From assembly GCA_036381155.1 (NCBI GenBank), contig DASVDJ010000074.1, positions 10,111 through 74,110 on the forward strand: DNA of 64,000 nucleotides. The letters run 5' to 3'. This DNA comes from Vicinamibacterales bacterium. Its GTDB lineage: Bacteria; Acidobacteriota; Vicinamibacteria; Vicinamibacterales; JAENWD01. Positions 39,166 to 47,933 of this stretch are shown here, piece after piece (position 1 is the stretch's first letter; each line of letters opens with the position of its first letter). The position numbers were made by a program, and so were the translations under genes. Under the pieces are notes generated by a model. That model had not been told where the DNA came from. It ran no database searches and was given only the letters and a program-made list of their open reading frames with translations.

Positions 39166-39188
39166 ATGCAATGCATGGAATGCATGGA
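39166..39188. promoter_or_regulatory. ATGCA-ATGCATGGA-ATGCATGGA tandem motif in the AT-rich gltB upstream region
   Basis: It lies ~115-135 nt upstream of the gltB ATG, inside the lowest-GC stretch I noticed in the window (39100-39260). It contains two ATGCAT palindromes. Confidence 0.3.
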
Positions 39189-39310
39189 GAACGGCTGAGC
39201 TGCTCATTGCGATTATCGATACAGGTCATATGGATTTCTGGACCGCCGGCCGGAAGCAGTTGCCAACGGGCATCTCCCATCGGCGCACAGCCACTGCGTT
39301 CCGTACGCCT

Positions 39311-39357
39311 CTCACAAAGTCACAGAGACCACAGAGAAACCGCAGAGGCCGCAGAGA
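39311..39357. repeat. 9-mer array of the CACAGAG family (5 units, no inverted arm)
   Basis: CTCACAAAG TCACAGAG ACCACAGAG AAACCGCAGAG GCCGCAGAG. Confidence 0.75.
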
Positions 39358-39540
39358 ACGATCAGGCCGAACGGCGTTCAACGCGCTTGGGACCTGGGCC
39401 CGGGGCAATACCAAGTAACGGGTGTCAGACACCCGCGGTTCCCAGGCTCGGTGATCCGGTGAGGCGTACGCCTCGAACAGGACCGCAGGACGCGGCCGGT
39501 GTGGACGCAATGTGAGAAGCGGGCGGTCCGAGTGGCGGTC

Positions 39541-40218
39541 CTACCGCTCCAGTTCCGCCCGCCAGGCCGGGACGGGGTCGGGGATACCGCCGAGGCGGTC
39601 GATGAGGATCTCGCGCGAGCGGTAGGGACGGCCGTAGAACCGCTCGTTGGCGTCGCGGTCCTGGCGGATGGTCGAGCCCTTGAGGGTCACGCCTGCGAAC
39701 AGCCCCCGGGTGCGCGAGTAGCTGAGGATGCGCGCCCGCATCTGGATGTCGGTGGCCGCCTCGGCGTCCCGGCCGACCGGGCCGGCCGCGACCGACGCAT
39801 CTCCGCCAATCTTGAACTGGTTCTTCAGCAGCTGCTCGAGGCCGCGCTGGTCCATGACGACCAGCACGAGGTCGATCGCCTGACCGCCAATCTGCAGCCC
39901 GACGCTGCCACCAGTCAGCGTCAGGAAGGCCGGCGCCGACCACGAGCCGCTCTTCGGCGAGCGCGCGCTGATGACGCCACGACCGAAGTGGCCGCCGACC
40001 ACAAGCCCGCCTTTCTTGACGGACGGGAACACGGCGATGGCCACGGCCTTGTCGAGGATGGCGCGCGGCACGGCCACGTCCGGCGCGTCCTTCAGTTCCT
40101 GCAGCACCAGCGTCGCCTCGCGCAGGCGGTCGGCCTCTTCCGACTGTGCACGCGTCGGCGCCGTCACGCCGATGGTGCCGGCGAGGAGCAGGATCAGGAA
40201 GGACAGTCGATGGCGCAT
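39541..40218 (-). CDS. SYLF/Ysc84-like (DUF500) lipid-binding domain protein, exported
   Basis: GGSVGLQIGGQAIDLVLVVM and KIGGDASVAAGPVGR motifs are present. A signal peptide (MRHRLSFLILLLAGTIGVTAPTRA) starts at ATG 40218. Confidence 0.75.
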   Translation of the reverse strand: MRHRLSFLILLLAGTIGVTAPTRAQSEEADRLREATLVLQELKDAPDVAVPRAILDKAVAIAVFPSVKKGGLVVGGHFGRGVISARSPKSGSWSAPAFLTLTGGSVGLQIGGQAIDLVLVVMDQRGLEQLLKNQFKIGGDASVAAGPVGRDAEAATDIQMRARILSYSRTRGLFAGVTLKGSTIRQDRDANERFYGRPYRSREILIDRLGGIPDPVPAWRAELER

Positions 40219-40225
40219 GGCGCAG

Positions 40226-40231
40226 ATTGTA
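40226..40231 (-). promoter_or_regulatory. -10-like box TACAAT, 7 nt upstream of ATG 40218 (leaderless-type)
   Basis: The minus strand reads TACAAT-ctgcgcc-ATG. Confidence 0.45.
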
Positions 40232-40373
40232 CACACGGCGACCTGAAGATCGGTCCTCCCTGCCGTCCGGCCTGCGACCTGGCCGGACTGTCCGGTTCCG
40301 GACGGTGACAGTACGGAGCTGAACGCCCGAGACTCCTGAGCCTCAGAATTGCACGGGAAATCGCGTGCGTTGC

Positions 40374-40388
40374 TGGCGCGGCGCTTGC
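40374..40388 (+). promoter_or_regulatory. sigma-54-like box TGGCGC-GGCGC-TTGC
   Basis: GG-N10-GC spacing is correct, with one mismatch in the -24 element. The predicted start site is ~40400, only ~4 nt before ATG 40404. An NtrC-type activator is encoded at the end of the cluster. Confidence 0.25.
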
Positions 40389-40403
40389 GCCGACTGGCAC
40401 GCG

Positions 40404-41648
40404 ATGGACCGCCCGCTCGATCCCGCCGTGACGAGCCGCCGGACGCGCCGGCGCCTGGCAGCCGGCGGCACCATGCTGTCGCTCGCCGTCGTCGCCTACG
40501 CGACGCTCCCCGGCCTGCTGACGCCGTCGATCGACCGCTCCGAGATCCGCACGGCCGTCGTCGAGCGGGGGCCGGTGGACGCGACCGTCAGCGCGACGGG
40601 GCTCGTGGTGCCCGAGATCGAACAAGTGATCACGAGCCCGGTGGACGCGCGCGTGCTGCGAGTCCTCGCGCGTCCGGGCGACGTCCTCGAGGCCGGTCAG
40701 CCGATCCTCGAGCTCGACGTCAGCGCCGCGCGTCTCGTGGTCGAGAAGCTCGGGCAGGACCTGGCGATCACGGCCAACAGCCAGGCACAGACGCGCCTGG
40801 CGCTCGAGCGCAGCCTGATCGACATCGGGGGGCGGGCGGAGGTGAAGCGCCTCCAGCTCGCCGCCCTGGAGCAGCAGCTGCAGCGCGATCGCGCGCTCGC
40901 CGCCGAGGGGCTCCTGTCGGAGGAGCTGCTGAGGAAGTCCGAGCTGGCGACGAAGCAGGCCGCGATCGAGCTGACGCAGCTCGAGGCCGAGCGCGCCAAC
41001 GCCGAACGCGTCACGCGCGCGCAGCTGGCGGGGCTGGATCTCGAGCGCGCCAAGCTGGAGAAGGAAGCCGCGGAGGCGCGCCGGCAGCTCGACCTGGCGG
41101 CCGCGCGCACGAGCCGGCCCGGCGTGCTCACGTGGGTCGTCACCGAGGAGGGCAGTGCCGTGACGAAGGGCCAGGTGCTGGCCCGCGTGGCCGACTACAC
41201 GACCTTTCGCGTCGACGCGAGCGTCTCCGATGTCCACGCGCGCCGTCTCGCCGTGGGGCAGCCGGCCATCGTCCGCCTCGGCGACGACCGGCTGGCGGGA
41301 CAGGTTGCCGCTGTCAATCCCACCGTCGTCAACGGCGTGATGACCGTAGCGATTGCGCTCGCCGATCGATCACGACCGGGGCTGCGGTCGAACCTGCGCG
41401 TCGACGTCGAGATCGTCACCGCCCGGCGGCCCGACACGCTCCGCGTGCGCCGCGGGGCGTTCGCCACGGGTGAAGGCACGCAGCCGGTGTTCGTAGTCCG
41501 AGGCGACCGGGCGATGAAGCGCCTCGTCACCTTCGGCCTCACCAGCGTCGAGTACTTCGAAGTCACCGATGGCCTCCAACCAGGCGACGAGGTCGTCATC
41601 TCCGACATGCGCGACTACGAGCGCCTGTCCAGCATCCGCCTGAACTGA
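40404..41648 (+). CDS. HlyD/MacA-type periplasmic adaptor (membrane fusion protein)
   Basis: An N-terminal TM helix, a long coiled-coil (LQLAALEQQLQRDRALAAEGLLSEELL...) and a C-terminal beta-barrel region are present. Confidence 0.8.
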   Translation: MDRPLDPAVTSRRTRRRLAAGGTMLSLAVVAYATLPGLLTPSIDRSEIRTAVVERGPVDATVSATGLVVPEIEQVITSPVDARVLRVLARPGDVLEAGQPILELDVSAARLVVEKLGQDLAITANSQAQTRLALERSLIDIGGRAEVKRLQLAALEQQLQRDRALAAEGLLSEELLRKSELATKQAAIELTQLEAERANAERVTRAQLAGLDLERAKLEKEAAEARRQLDLAAARTSRPGVLTWVVTEEGSAVTKGQVLARVADYTTFRVDASVSDVHARRLAVGQPAIVRLGDDRLAGQVAAVNPTVVNGVMTVAIALADRSRPGLRSNLRVDVEIVTARRPDTLRVRRGAFATGEGTQPVFVVRGDRAMKRLVTFGLTSVEYFEVTDGLQPGDEVVISDMRDYERLSSIRLN

Positions 41649-41663
41649 GCTCGAGGACCGCCG

Positions 41664-42386
41664 ATGCAGCAGACAACCGTTTCCCAGCCGCGACCTGCCG
41701 CCGCCGCGCCGGCCGTGCCGATGATCGAGCTGGCCGGCATCGAAAAGGTCTACCGGACCGACCGGATCGAGACCGTCGCTCTGACCGGCATCGACCTGGC
41801 GGTGCGCCCCGGCGAGTTCATCTCGGTCATGGGCCCGTCCGGCTGCGGCAAGAGCACGCTGCTCAATCTCATTGGCCTGCTCGACGCGCCGACCACCGGG
41901 CACGTCGCCATCGGCGGCGAGCGGGTCGGCACGTATCGCGACCGCGCGCTCGCGCGGCTCCGGAACCGGGAGATCGGATTCGTGTTCCAGTCGTTCCATC
42001 TGATCGCGGACCTCAGCGTGCTCGACAACGTCGAGATTCCGCTGTTGTACCGCCGGATGTCCGGCAGCGAACGGCGCCGCCTCACGCTGGCGGCGCTCGA
42101 ACGGGTCGGGCTGGGGTCGCGCGCGCATCACTTTCCGTCGCAGCTGTCCGGCGGCCAGCAGCAGCGCGTGGCCATCGCGCGCGCGATCGTCGGACGGCCG
42201 CGGATCCTGCTCGCCGACGAGCCGACGGGCAATCTCGACAGCCAGATGGGCGAGGAGGTCATCGCGCTCTTGCGCGATCTCCAGACGCGCGACGGCACAA
42301 CGATCGTCATGGTCACGCACGACGCGCGCCACGCGGCGCAGAGCGATCGGATCGTGCGGCTGTTCGATGGACGGATGGTGAACTAG
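41664..42386 (+). CDS. ABC transporter ATP-binding protein (MacB/LolD type)
   Basis: Walker A (GPSGCGKST), signature (LSGGQQQR) and Walker B (ILLADEPTG) are present. Confidence 0.9.
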   Translation: MQQTTVSQPRPAAAAPAVPMIELAGIEKVYRTDRIETVALTGIDLAVRPGEFISVMGPSGCGKSTLLNLIGLLDAPTTGHVAIGGERVGTYRDRALARLRNREIGFVFQSFHLIADLSVLDNVEIPLLYRRMSGSERRRLTLAALERVGLGSRAHHFPSQLSGGQQQRVAIARAIVGRPRILLADEPTGNLDSQMGEEVIALLRDLQTRDGTTIVMVTHDARHAAQSDRIVRLFDGRMVN

Positions 42387-42525
42387 TTCAGGTCGGCTCG
42401 CGCCCTGGCAGGCGCGCGATCGGGTCTGATCGGGTTCCGCCGCCGCACCGGGATCGTGAGTGCGGCTCGGGCGGCCCAGGTCCGATCGGCGCGGGCGGCT
42501 CGGGTCGAGTCGGAGAGTCCCAGCA

Positions 42526-43770
42526 ATGATCAGCAGCTATCTGAAGCTCGCCTGGAAGGTGCTGCTTCGCCGGAAGTTCTTCACCTTCGTCTCGCTGTTC
42601 GGCATCGCGTTCACGCTGGTCGTGCTGACGCTGGTGACCGCGCTCGCCGACAGCGTCCTGGCGCCGTACCCGCCCGAGACGAAGCACGACCGCACCGTGG
42701 TCATCAGTTTCGCGTCGCTGCACGGCGAACACTGGCGGTGGAACGGTTCGGCCGGCTACCGGCTGCTCGATCAGTATGCGCGTGATCTGCCCAACGTCGA
42801 GCGCATGGCGGTCGCGTCGGTGCAGATGCCCGTGTACACCTACCTGAACGGGCAGCGCGTGCGGTCGTACCTGAAGCGCACGGACGCGGCGTTCTGGCAG
42901 ATTCTCGACTTCCGCTTCCTCGAAGGCGGGCCGTACACGGACGCCGACGTGCGCGATCACCGGTTCGTCGCGGTCATCAACGCCAGCACGCGCGAGCGGT
43001 TCTTCGGGGGCGCGCCGGCCCTGGGGCGCACGTTCGAGGCCGACGGCCAGCGGTTCACGGTGGTCGGCGTGGTGCCGGACGTGTCGTTCCTCCGGCTCGT
43101 GCCGTTCTCGGACATCTGGGTGCCGCACACGACGGCGAAGTCCGACGCGTACACGCGCGAGTACGTCGGCAACTTCATCGGGCTGCTGCTGCTCGAGGAT
43201 CCCGCCAGGCTCGCGCTCACGCGCGACGAGTTCTGGTCGCGCCTGCGCACGGCGAAGCTGGACGTGCCCGGGTTCGACCGTGTCGAGGCCACGCCCGAGA
43301 CGCCGCTCGACGCGGTCGGCCGGCTGTTCGTCGGCAACGGCACGGGTGCGGGCACCGGATTCGGGCGGCGGCTGCAGATCGTGCTGGCCGTCGCCGCGTT
43401 GCTCTTCATGCTCCTGCCGGCCGTGAACCTGATCAACCTGAACACGAGCCGCATCATGGAACGGGCCTCGGAGATCGGCGTCCGCAAGGCCTTCGGCGCC
43501 CCCTCGACGACCCTGGTCGGCCAGTTCATCGTCGAAAACCTGGTCTTGACACTGGTCGGCGCCGCCGCAGGTTTCGTGGTGGCGGCGTGGCTGCTGGCGC
43601 TCGTCAACGCCCGCGGCGTGATCCCGTACGCGGAGCTGCGGATGAATCTCCGGATCTTCGGCTGGGGTGTCCTGCTCGCCGTCGCATTCGGACTGCTGTC
43701 GGGCGTCTACCCGGCCTGGCGCATGTCGCGGCTGCACCCGGTGCAGGCGCTGAAGGGAGCCGCGCGATGA
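42526..43770 (+). CDS. FtsX/MacB-type ABC permease 1
   Basis: The N-terminus (MISSYLKLAWKVLLRRKFFTFVSLFGIAFTL), a large periplasmic domain and a C-terminal FtsX module are present. A GGAGAG Shine-Dalgarno lies upstream. Confidence 0.8.
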   Translation: MISSYLKLAWKVLLRRKFFTFVSLFGIAFTLVVLTLVTALADSVLAPYPPETKHDRTVVISFASLHGEHWRWNGSAGYRLLDQYARDLPNVERMAVASVQMPVYTYLNGQRVRSYLKRTDAAFWQILDFRFLEGGPYTDADVRDHRFVAVINASTRERFFGGAPALGRTFEADGQRFTVVGVVPDVSFLRLVPFSDIWVPHTTAKSDAYTREYVGNFIGLLLLEDPARLALTRDEFWSRLRTAKLDVPGFDRVEATPETPLDAVGRLFVGNGTGAGTGFGRRLQIVLAVAALLFMLLPAVNLINLNTSRIMERASEIGVRKAFGAPSTTLVGQFIVENLVLTLVGAAAGFVVAAWLLALVNARGVIPYAELRMNLRIFGWGVLLAVAFGLLSGVYPAWRMSRLHPVQALKGAAR

Positions 43771-45011
43771 TCCGCCACGTCTTCAGGTTGATCTGGAACC
43801 GGAAGCGGACGAACGGTCTCATGATGGCCGAGATCTTCGTCTCGTTCCTGGTGGTGTTCGCCGTCGCGGCGCTGGGGGTCTACACGGCGGACAACTGGCG
43901 GCGTCCGATCGGGTTCTCGTACGACCGCATCTGGGTGGTGAGCGTCGACATGCAGCAGACGAGCGACGACACCTGGAACATGGCCCAGCAGGAAACGGTC
44001 CGGCAGCTGATGCTCGCGTTGCGCGAGTTTCCCGAGATCGAGGCCTCGGCCGGGACCCAGATCGCGCCGTATCAGTTGGGGTCATCGAACAGCGGCTATC
44101 AGTGGCGCGGACGGCATATCGAGTACGGGGTCGCCGAGGTCACCGACGGCTTCAAGGACCTGCTGGGGCTGGAGATCGTCGAAGGGCGCTGGTTCAGCAG
44201 CGAAGACGACGGGCAGGCGTACGATCCGGTGGTGATCAACCGGGACATGCGCGTGGATCTGTTCGGCACGGGGCCGGCGATCGGCGAGAACATTGCCAGC
44301 GAGCAATCGCCCGACGGCTCGGCAGCCGTCCGTCCCCGGCGCGTCGTCGGCGTCGTCGCCGCCTACCGCGAGGACGGCGAGCTCGACGGCATGCGGAACT
44401 ACGCGATCTTCCGCAAGTCCCTCGGCGTTCCCGTGCAGGCTGAGGGCGTCCGGGACTTCGCGCGCAGCGACCGTCCGCCGCGCAACCTGCTGATCCGCGT
44501 GCGGCCCGGGACGACCGCCGGGTTCGAGGAACGGCTGATCAAGCGGCTCCAGGCCGCGGCGCCCGACTGGTCCTTCGAGGTCCAGACGCTGGCGGCCATG
44601 CGCCGCTCCTACCACCGATTCGCGTTCGTGCCGCTTGCCGCCGTCGGCCTCGTCGCCGCGTTCCTGATGCTGATGGTCGCGCTCGGGCTGCTGGGCGTGC
44701 TCTGGCAGAACGTGACCCAGCGGACCCGGGAGATCGGTCTTCGACGGGCAAAGGGGGCCGCACGGGTGCACGTGCAGCGCCAGATTCTGGCCGAGATTGG
44801 GGCCATGACCTCACTGGCGGTCCTGGCCGGCCTGATCGTCGCGGTCCAGTTTCCGCTGCTCGACATCATCTATTTCGTCGAGCCGCACGTATATGCGATC
44901 AGCCTCGCGATCGCCGCGGCCGCCATCTACGGCGTGGCGCTCGCGTGCGCCTGGTACCCCAGCCGCCTCGCCATGCGGGTCGAGCCCGCGGAGGCCTTGA
45001 GATACGAGTAG
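43767..45011 (+). CDS. FtsX/MacB-type ABC permease 2
   Basis: The N-terminus (MIRHVFRLIWNRKRTNGLMMAEIFVSFLVVF) and an FtsX C-terminal module are present. The ATG overlaps the upstream TGA (ATGA). Confidence 0.8.
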   Translation: MIRHVFRLIWNRKRTNGLMMAEIFVSFLVVFAVAALGVYTADNWRRPIGFSYDRIWVVSVDMQQTSDDTWNMAQQETVRQLMLALREFPEIEASAGTQIAPYQLGSSNSGYQWRGRHIEYGVAEVTDGFKDLLGLEIVEGRWFSSEDDGQAYDPVVINRDMRVDLFGTGPAIGENIASEQSPDGSAAVRPRRVVGVVAAYREDGELDGMRNYAIFRKSLGVPVQAEGVRDFARSDRPPRNLLIRVRPGTTAGFEERLIKRLQAAAPDWSFEVQTLAAMRRSYHRFAFVPLAAVGLVAAFLMLMVALGLLGVLWQNVTQRTREIGLRRAKGAARVHVQRQILAEIGAMTSLAVLAGLIVAVQFPLLDIIYFVEPHVYAISLAIAAAAIYGVALACAWYPSRLAMRVEPAEALRYE

Positions 45012-45196
45012 CTGGCAGCTGGCGGCTGGCGGCAGGGAGCAGGCAGCAGGGAGCAGGCAGCAGGGAGCAGGGAGCAGGGAGCAGGAGCGCGGCACGCAGC
45101 TGACAGCGGCCGAAAGCTCTTGAGTGGACTGTTACGAGGTCGCGCGGCTGCCAGCTGCCGGCTGCCAGCTGCCGGCTGCCAGCTGCCAGCTGCCAG
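45011..45196. repeat. inverted heptamer arrays: CTGGCRG/CAGGSAG x~10, ~60-bp spacer, CTGCCRG x7
   Basis: The arrays fill the whole spacer between permease 2 (stop at 45011) and the response-regulator ATG at 45208. The outer units are reverse complements. The same CTGCCRG units recur at 61097-61130. Confidence 0.85.
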
Positions 45197-45207
45197 CGAC
45201 AAGCATC

Positions 45208-46575
45208 ATGATCCTCATCGTCGACGATGACAGCTCGGTCAGGGCGTCGCTGGCGTTGCTGCTGAAGCAGGCCGGATACCGTTCGCACGCCGTCGGCTCG
45301 CCGGCCGAGGCGCTGGCCTGGCTGGAATCGCATCCCTGCGACCTCGTGTTGCAGGACATGAACTTCAGTCGGCGCACGACCGGCGAGGAAGGCCTGGAGC
45401 TGCTGGGCCGCATCCGGGCGCTGCGCCCGAATCTGCCGGTCCTGCTCATCACGGCCTGGGGATCGATTCAGCTGGCGGTACAGGGCATGAAGGCCGGAGC
45501 GGCCGACTTCATCACGAAGCCCTGGACGAGCGAGCAGATCCTCCAGACGGTTCGCACCACCCTCAGCCTGGCCGCGGCGCCCCCTGCCGAGACTCCGGTG
45601 CCGCCGCGCGACGAACTGGACACGCGCTACGACTTCGGCGACCTGGTCGGCGAGGATCCACGGCTCCTGCGCGTGCTCGACATCATCGGCCGGGTCGCCG
45701 GCACCGACGCGTCGGTGCTGGTGACGGGCGAGAGCGGTACCGGCAAGGAGCTGGTCGCCGACGCCATCCACCGCAACAGCCGCCGGCGCGCGGGCCCGTT
45801 CGTGAAGGTCAATCTCGGGGGCATCTCTTCGACGCTGTTCGAGAGCGAGATGTTCGGCCATGTGCGCGGCGCGTTCACCGACGCGCGGCACGACCGGAAA
45901 GGGCGCTTCGAGCTGGCGCACGGAGGCACGATCTTCCTCGACGAGATCGGCGACCTCGATCTGGCATCGCAGGTCAAGCTCCTCCGGGTCCTGCAGGATC
46001 GGACCTACGAGGTCCTCGGCTCGAGCCAGCGCCGCACGGTGGACGTCCGCGTCATCTCGGCGACGAACCGCCCGCTGGCCGAGATGGTCGGACGCGGCGA
46101 GTTCCGCGAGGACCTGCTGTACCGGATCAACCTGATCGCCGTCCACATCCCGCCGCTGCGCGAGCGCCGCGGCGACATCCCGATCCTCGCGGCGCGATTC
46201 GCACAGACGCAGAGCCAGATCTACCAGCGCGAGCCGGTCCGCATCACAGCCGACGCGATCCGGTGGCTCCAGGCGCAGCCCTGGCCGGGCAACGTCCGGC
46301 AGCTGCGGCAGGCAATCGAGCGCGCCGTCCTGATGTCCGATGGGCCCGAGCTCACGGCGGCCGACTTCGAGCGTGCTGCGGCGATGGAGCCGCGCGACAC
46401 CGGACGCGACGAGCTGCCGCCGGTCGGCAGCATGACGATGGACGAGATCGAGAAGGCGATGATCCTGAAGTCGCTGCGCTATCACCAGGGCAACATCTCC
46501 AGGGTGGCGCAGGCGCTCGGGCTCAGCCGCGCCGCCCTCTACCGCCGCTTCGAGAAGTACGAGATTGCCGTGTGA
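45208..46575 (+). CDS. NtrC-family sigma-54-dependent response regulator
   Basis: A receiver domain (ILIVDDD...DLVLQDMNF), AAA+ core (GESGTGKE, GAFTDA, IFLDEIGD) and Fis-type HTH (NISRVAQALGLSRAALYRRFEKY) are present. Confidence 0.9.
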   Translation: MILIVDDDSSVRASLALLLKQAGYRSHAVGSPAEALAWLESHPCDLVLQDMNFSRRTTGEEGLELLGRIRALRPNLPVLLITAWGSIQLAVQGMKAGAADFITKPWTSEQILQTVRTTLSLAAAPPAETPVPPRDELDTRYDFGDLVGEDPRLLRVLDIIGRVAGTDASVLVTGESGTGKELVADAIHRNSRRRAGPFVKVNLGGISSTLFESEMFGHVRGAFTDARHDRKGRFELAHGGTIFLDEIGDLDLASQVKLLRVLQDRTYEVLGSSQRRTVDVRVISATNRPLAEMVGRGEFREDLLYRINLIAVHIPPLRERRGDIPILAARFAQTQSQIYQREPVRITADAIRWLQAQPWPGNVRQLRQAIERAVLMSDGPELTAADFERAAAMEPRDTGRDELPPVGSMTMDEIEKAMILKSLRYHQGNISRVAQALGLSRAALYRRFEKYEIAV

Positions 46576-47900
46576 GCCAGCGCGCGCGGTTTCTCGCCTA
46601 TCTCGCGGCCGTCCACCTGCTGATGGCGGCGATCGCGGTTCCTCTCCTGGTGCAGGGCGGCTGGTGGATCCTCGCCGCGGAGCTCGCGCTGGTGCTGTCG
46701 TTCCTCACGGGGCTGCACCTCGTGCGGCGGTTCACCGCGTCGCTGTCCTTCATCGACGAGAGCGCCCAGCTCCTGGAGGACGGGGACGTGACGTCGCGCC
46801 TGCGCGAGGTCGGGCACCCGCAGATCGATCGGCTCATCCGCGTCTACAACCGGATGATCGATGCGCTGCGGGCCGAGCGCGTGCACCTGCAGGAGCAGCA
46901 TCATTTCCTCGCGCTCGTCCTGCGCGAGTCGCCGGGCGGCATCCTGGTCCTCGACTTCGACGGACGGGTCGTCATGGCGAACCCGGCCGCGGAGCGCCTG
47001 CTGCAGGCGTCACCCGGTGCGCTCGAGGGGCGCCGGCTCGACGCGCTGGACCATCCGCTCGCGCGCGGTGTCGCCGGACTGGGATCGGGGGAGCGGCGGG
47101 TCTTCGCGGTCTGGGGCGGCCGGCGCGTCCGCGCCTGGCATGGCACGTTCCCCGATCGCGGATTCCGCCGCGGCTTCGTCCTCCTGGAGGAGCTGACGGA
47201 GGAACTGCGGCAGAGCGAGAAGACGGCGTACGAGCAGCTGATCCGGCTGCTGTCCCACGAAGTCAACAACACCGTCGGCGCGTCGAACTCGCTGCTCAAT
47301 TCCTGTCTCAGCTACGCGGGACAGCTCCGTCCGGACGATGCCGAGGACTTCACGCAGGCGCTCGGGACCGTGATCGCCCGGACCGAGCAGTTGAACCGGT
47401 TCATGCAGGGGTTCGCCGACGTCGTCCGGTTGCCCGCGCCGCGTCCGGCGCCGACCGAGCCGGGCGTGCTGCTCGATCAGCTCGTCGAGCTGCTGAAGCC
47501 GGAAGCACACCGGCGCGGGATCGAGATCGTGCGTGCCGGAGAGCCGGCCGTGGGGCCCGTCCCGCTCGATCGCGCGCAGGTGGAGCAGGCGCTGCTCAAC
47601 GTCATGAAGAACGGTCTCGAAGCCTCACCGTCGGGTGGCCGTCTCACCGTTCGCCTGCTGCGGCGCGACGGCCAGCCGGTGATCGAGGTCGAGGACTCCG
47701 GACCCGGGCTCCCGGAGGATGTGCGCGAGCAGCTGTTCACGCCGTTCTTCAGCACGAAGAGCGGAGGGCAGGGGATCGGGCTGACTGTCGTGCAGGAGAT
47801 CTTCGGGAACCACGGGTTCCCGTTCGCGCTTGATGCACCGCCCGGCGGGCCGGCGACCTTCACCGTCGTCCTCGCCGCTCCGTCGCCGGCGGTCGCCTGA
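46572..47900 (+). CDS. sensor histidine kinase (2 TM, HAMP, PAS, HisKA, HATPase)
   Basis: The H-box (LLSHEVNNTVGAS) and G-boxes (DSGPGLPEDV, GQGIGLTVV) are present. GTG 46572 overlaps the regulator TGA (GTGA). Confidence 0.85.
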   Translation: MSQRARFLAYLAAVHLLMAAIAVPLLVQGGWWILAAELALVLSFLTGLHLVRRFTASLSFIDESAQLLEDGDVTSRLREVGHPQIDRLIRVYNRMIDALRAERVHLQEQHHFLALVLRESPGGILVLDFDGRVVMANPAAERLLQASPGALEGRRLDALDHPLARGVAGLGSGERRVFAVWGGRRVRAWHGTFPDRGFRRGFVLLEELTEELRQSEKTAYEQLIRLLSHEVNNTVGASNSLLNSCLSYAGQLRPDDAEDFTQALGTVIARTEQLNRFMQGFADVVRLPAPRPAPTEPGVLLDQLVELLKPEAHRRGIEIVRAGEPAVGPVPLDRAQVEQALLNVMKNGLEASPSGGRLTVRLLRRDGQPVIEVEDSGPGLPEDVREQLFTPFFSTKSGGQGIGLTVVQEIFGNHGFPFALDAPPGGPATFTVVLAAPSPAVA

Positions 47901-47933
47901 CCCAAATCTCCCGGGCTCCCCTGGCGGCGGGCT

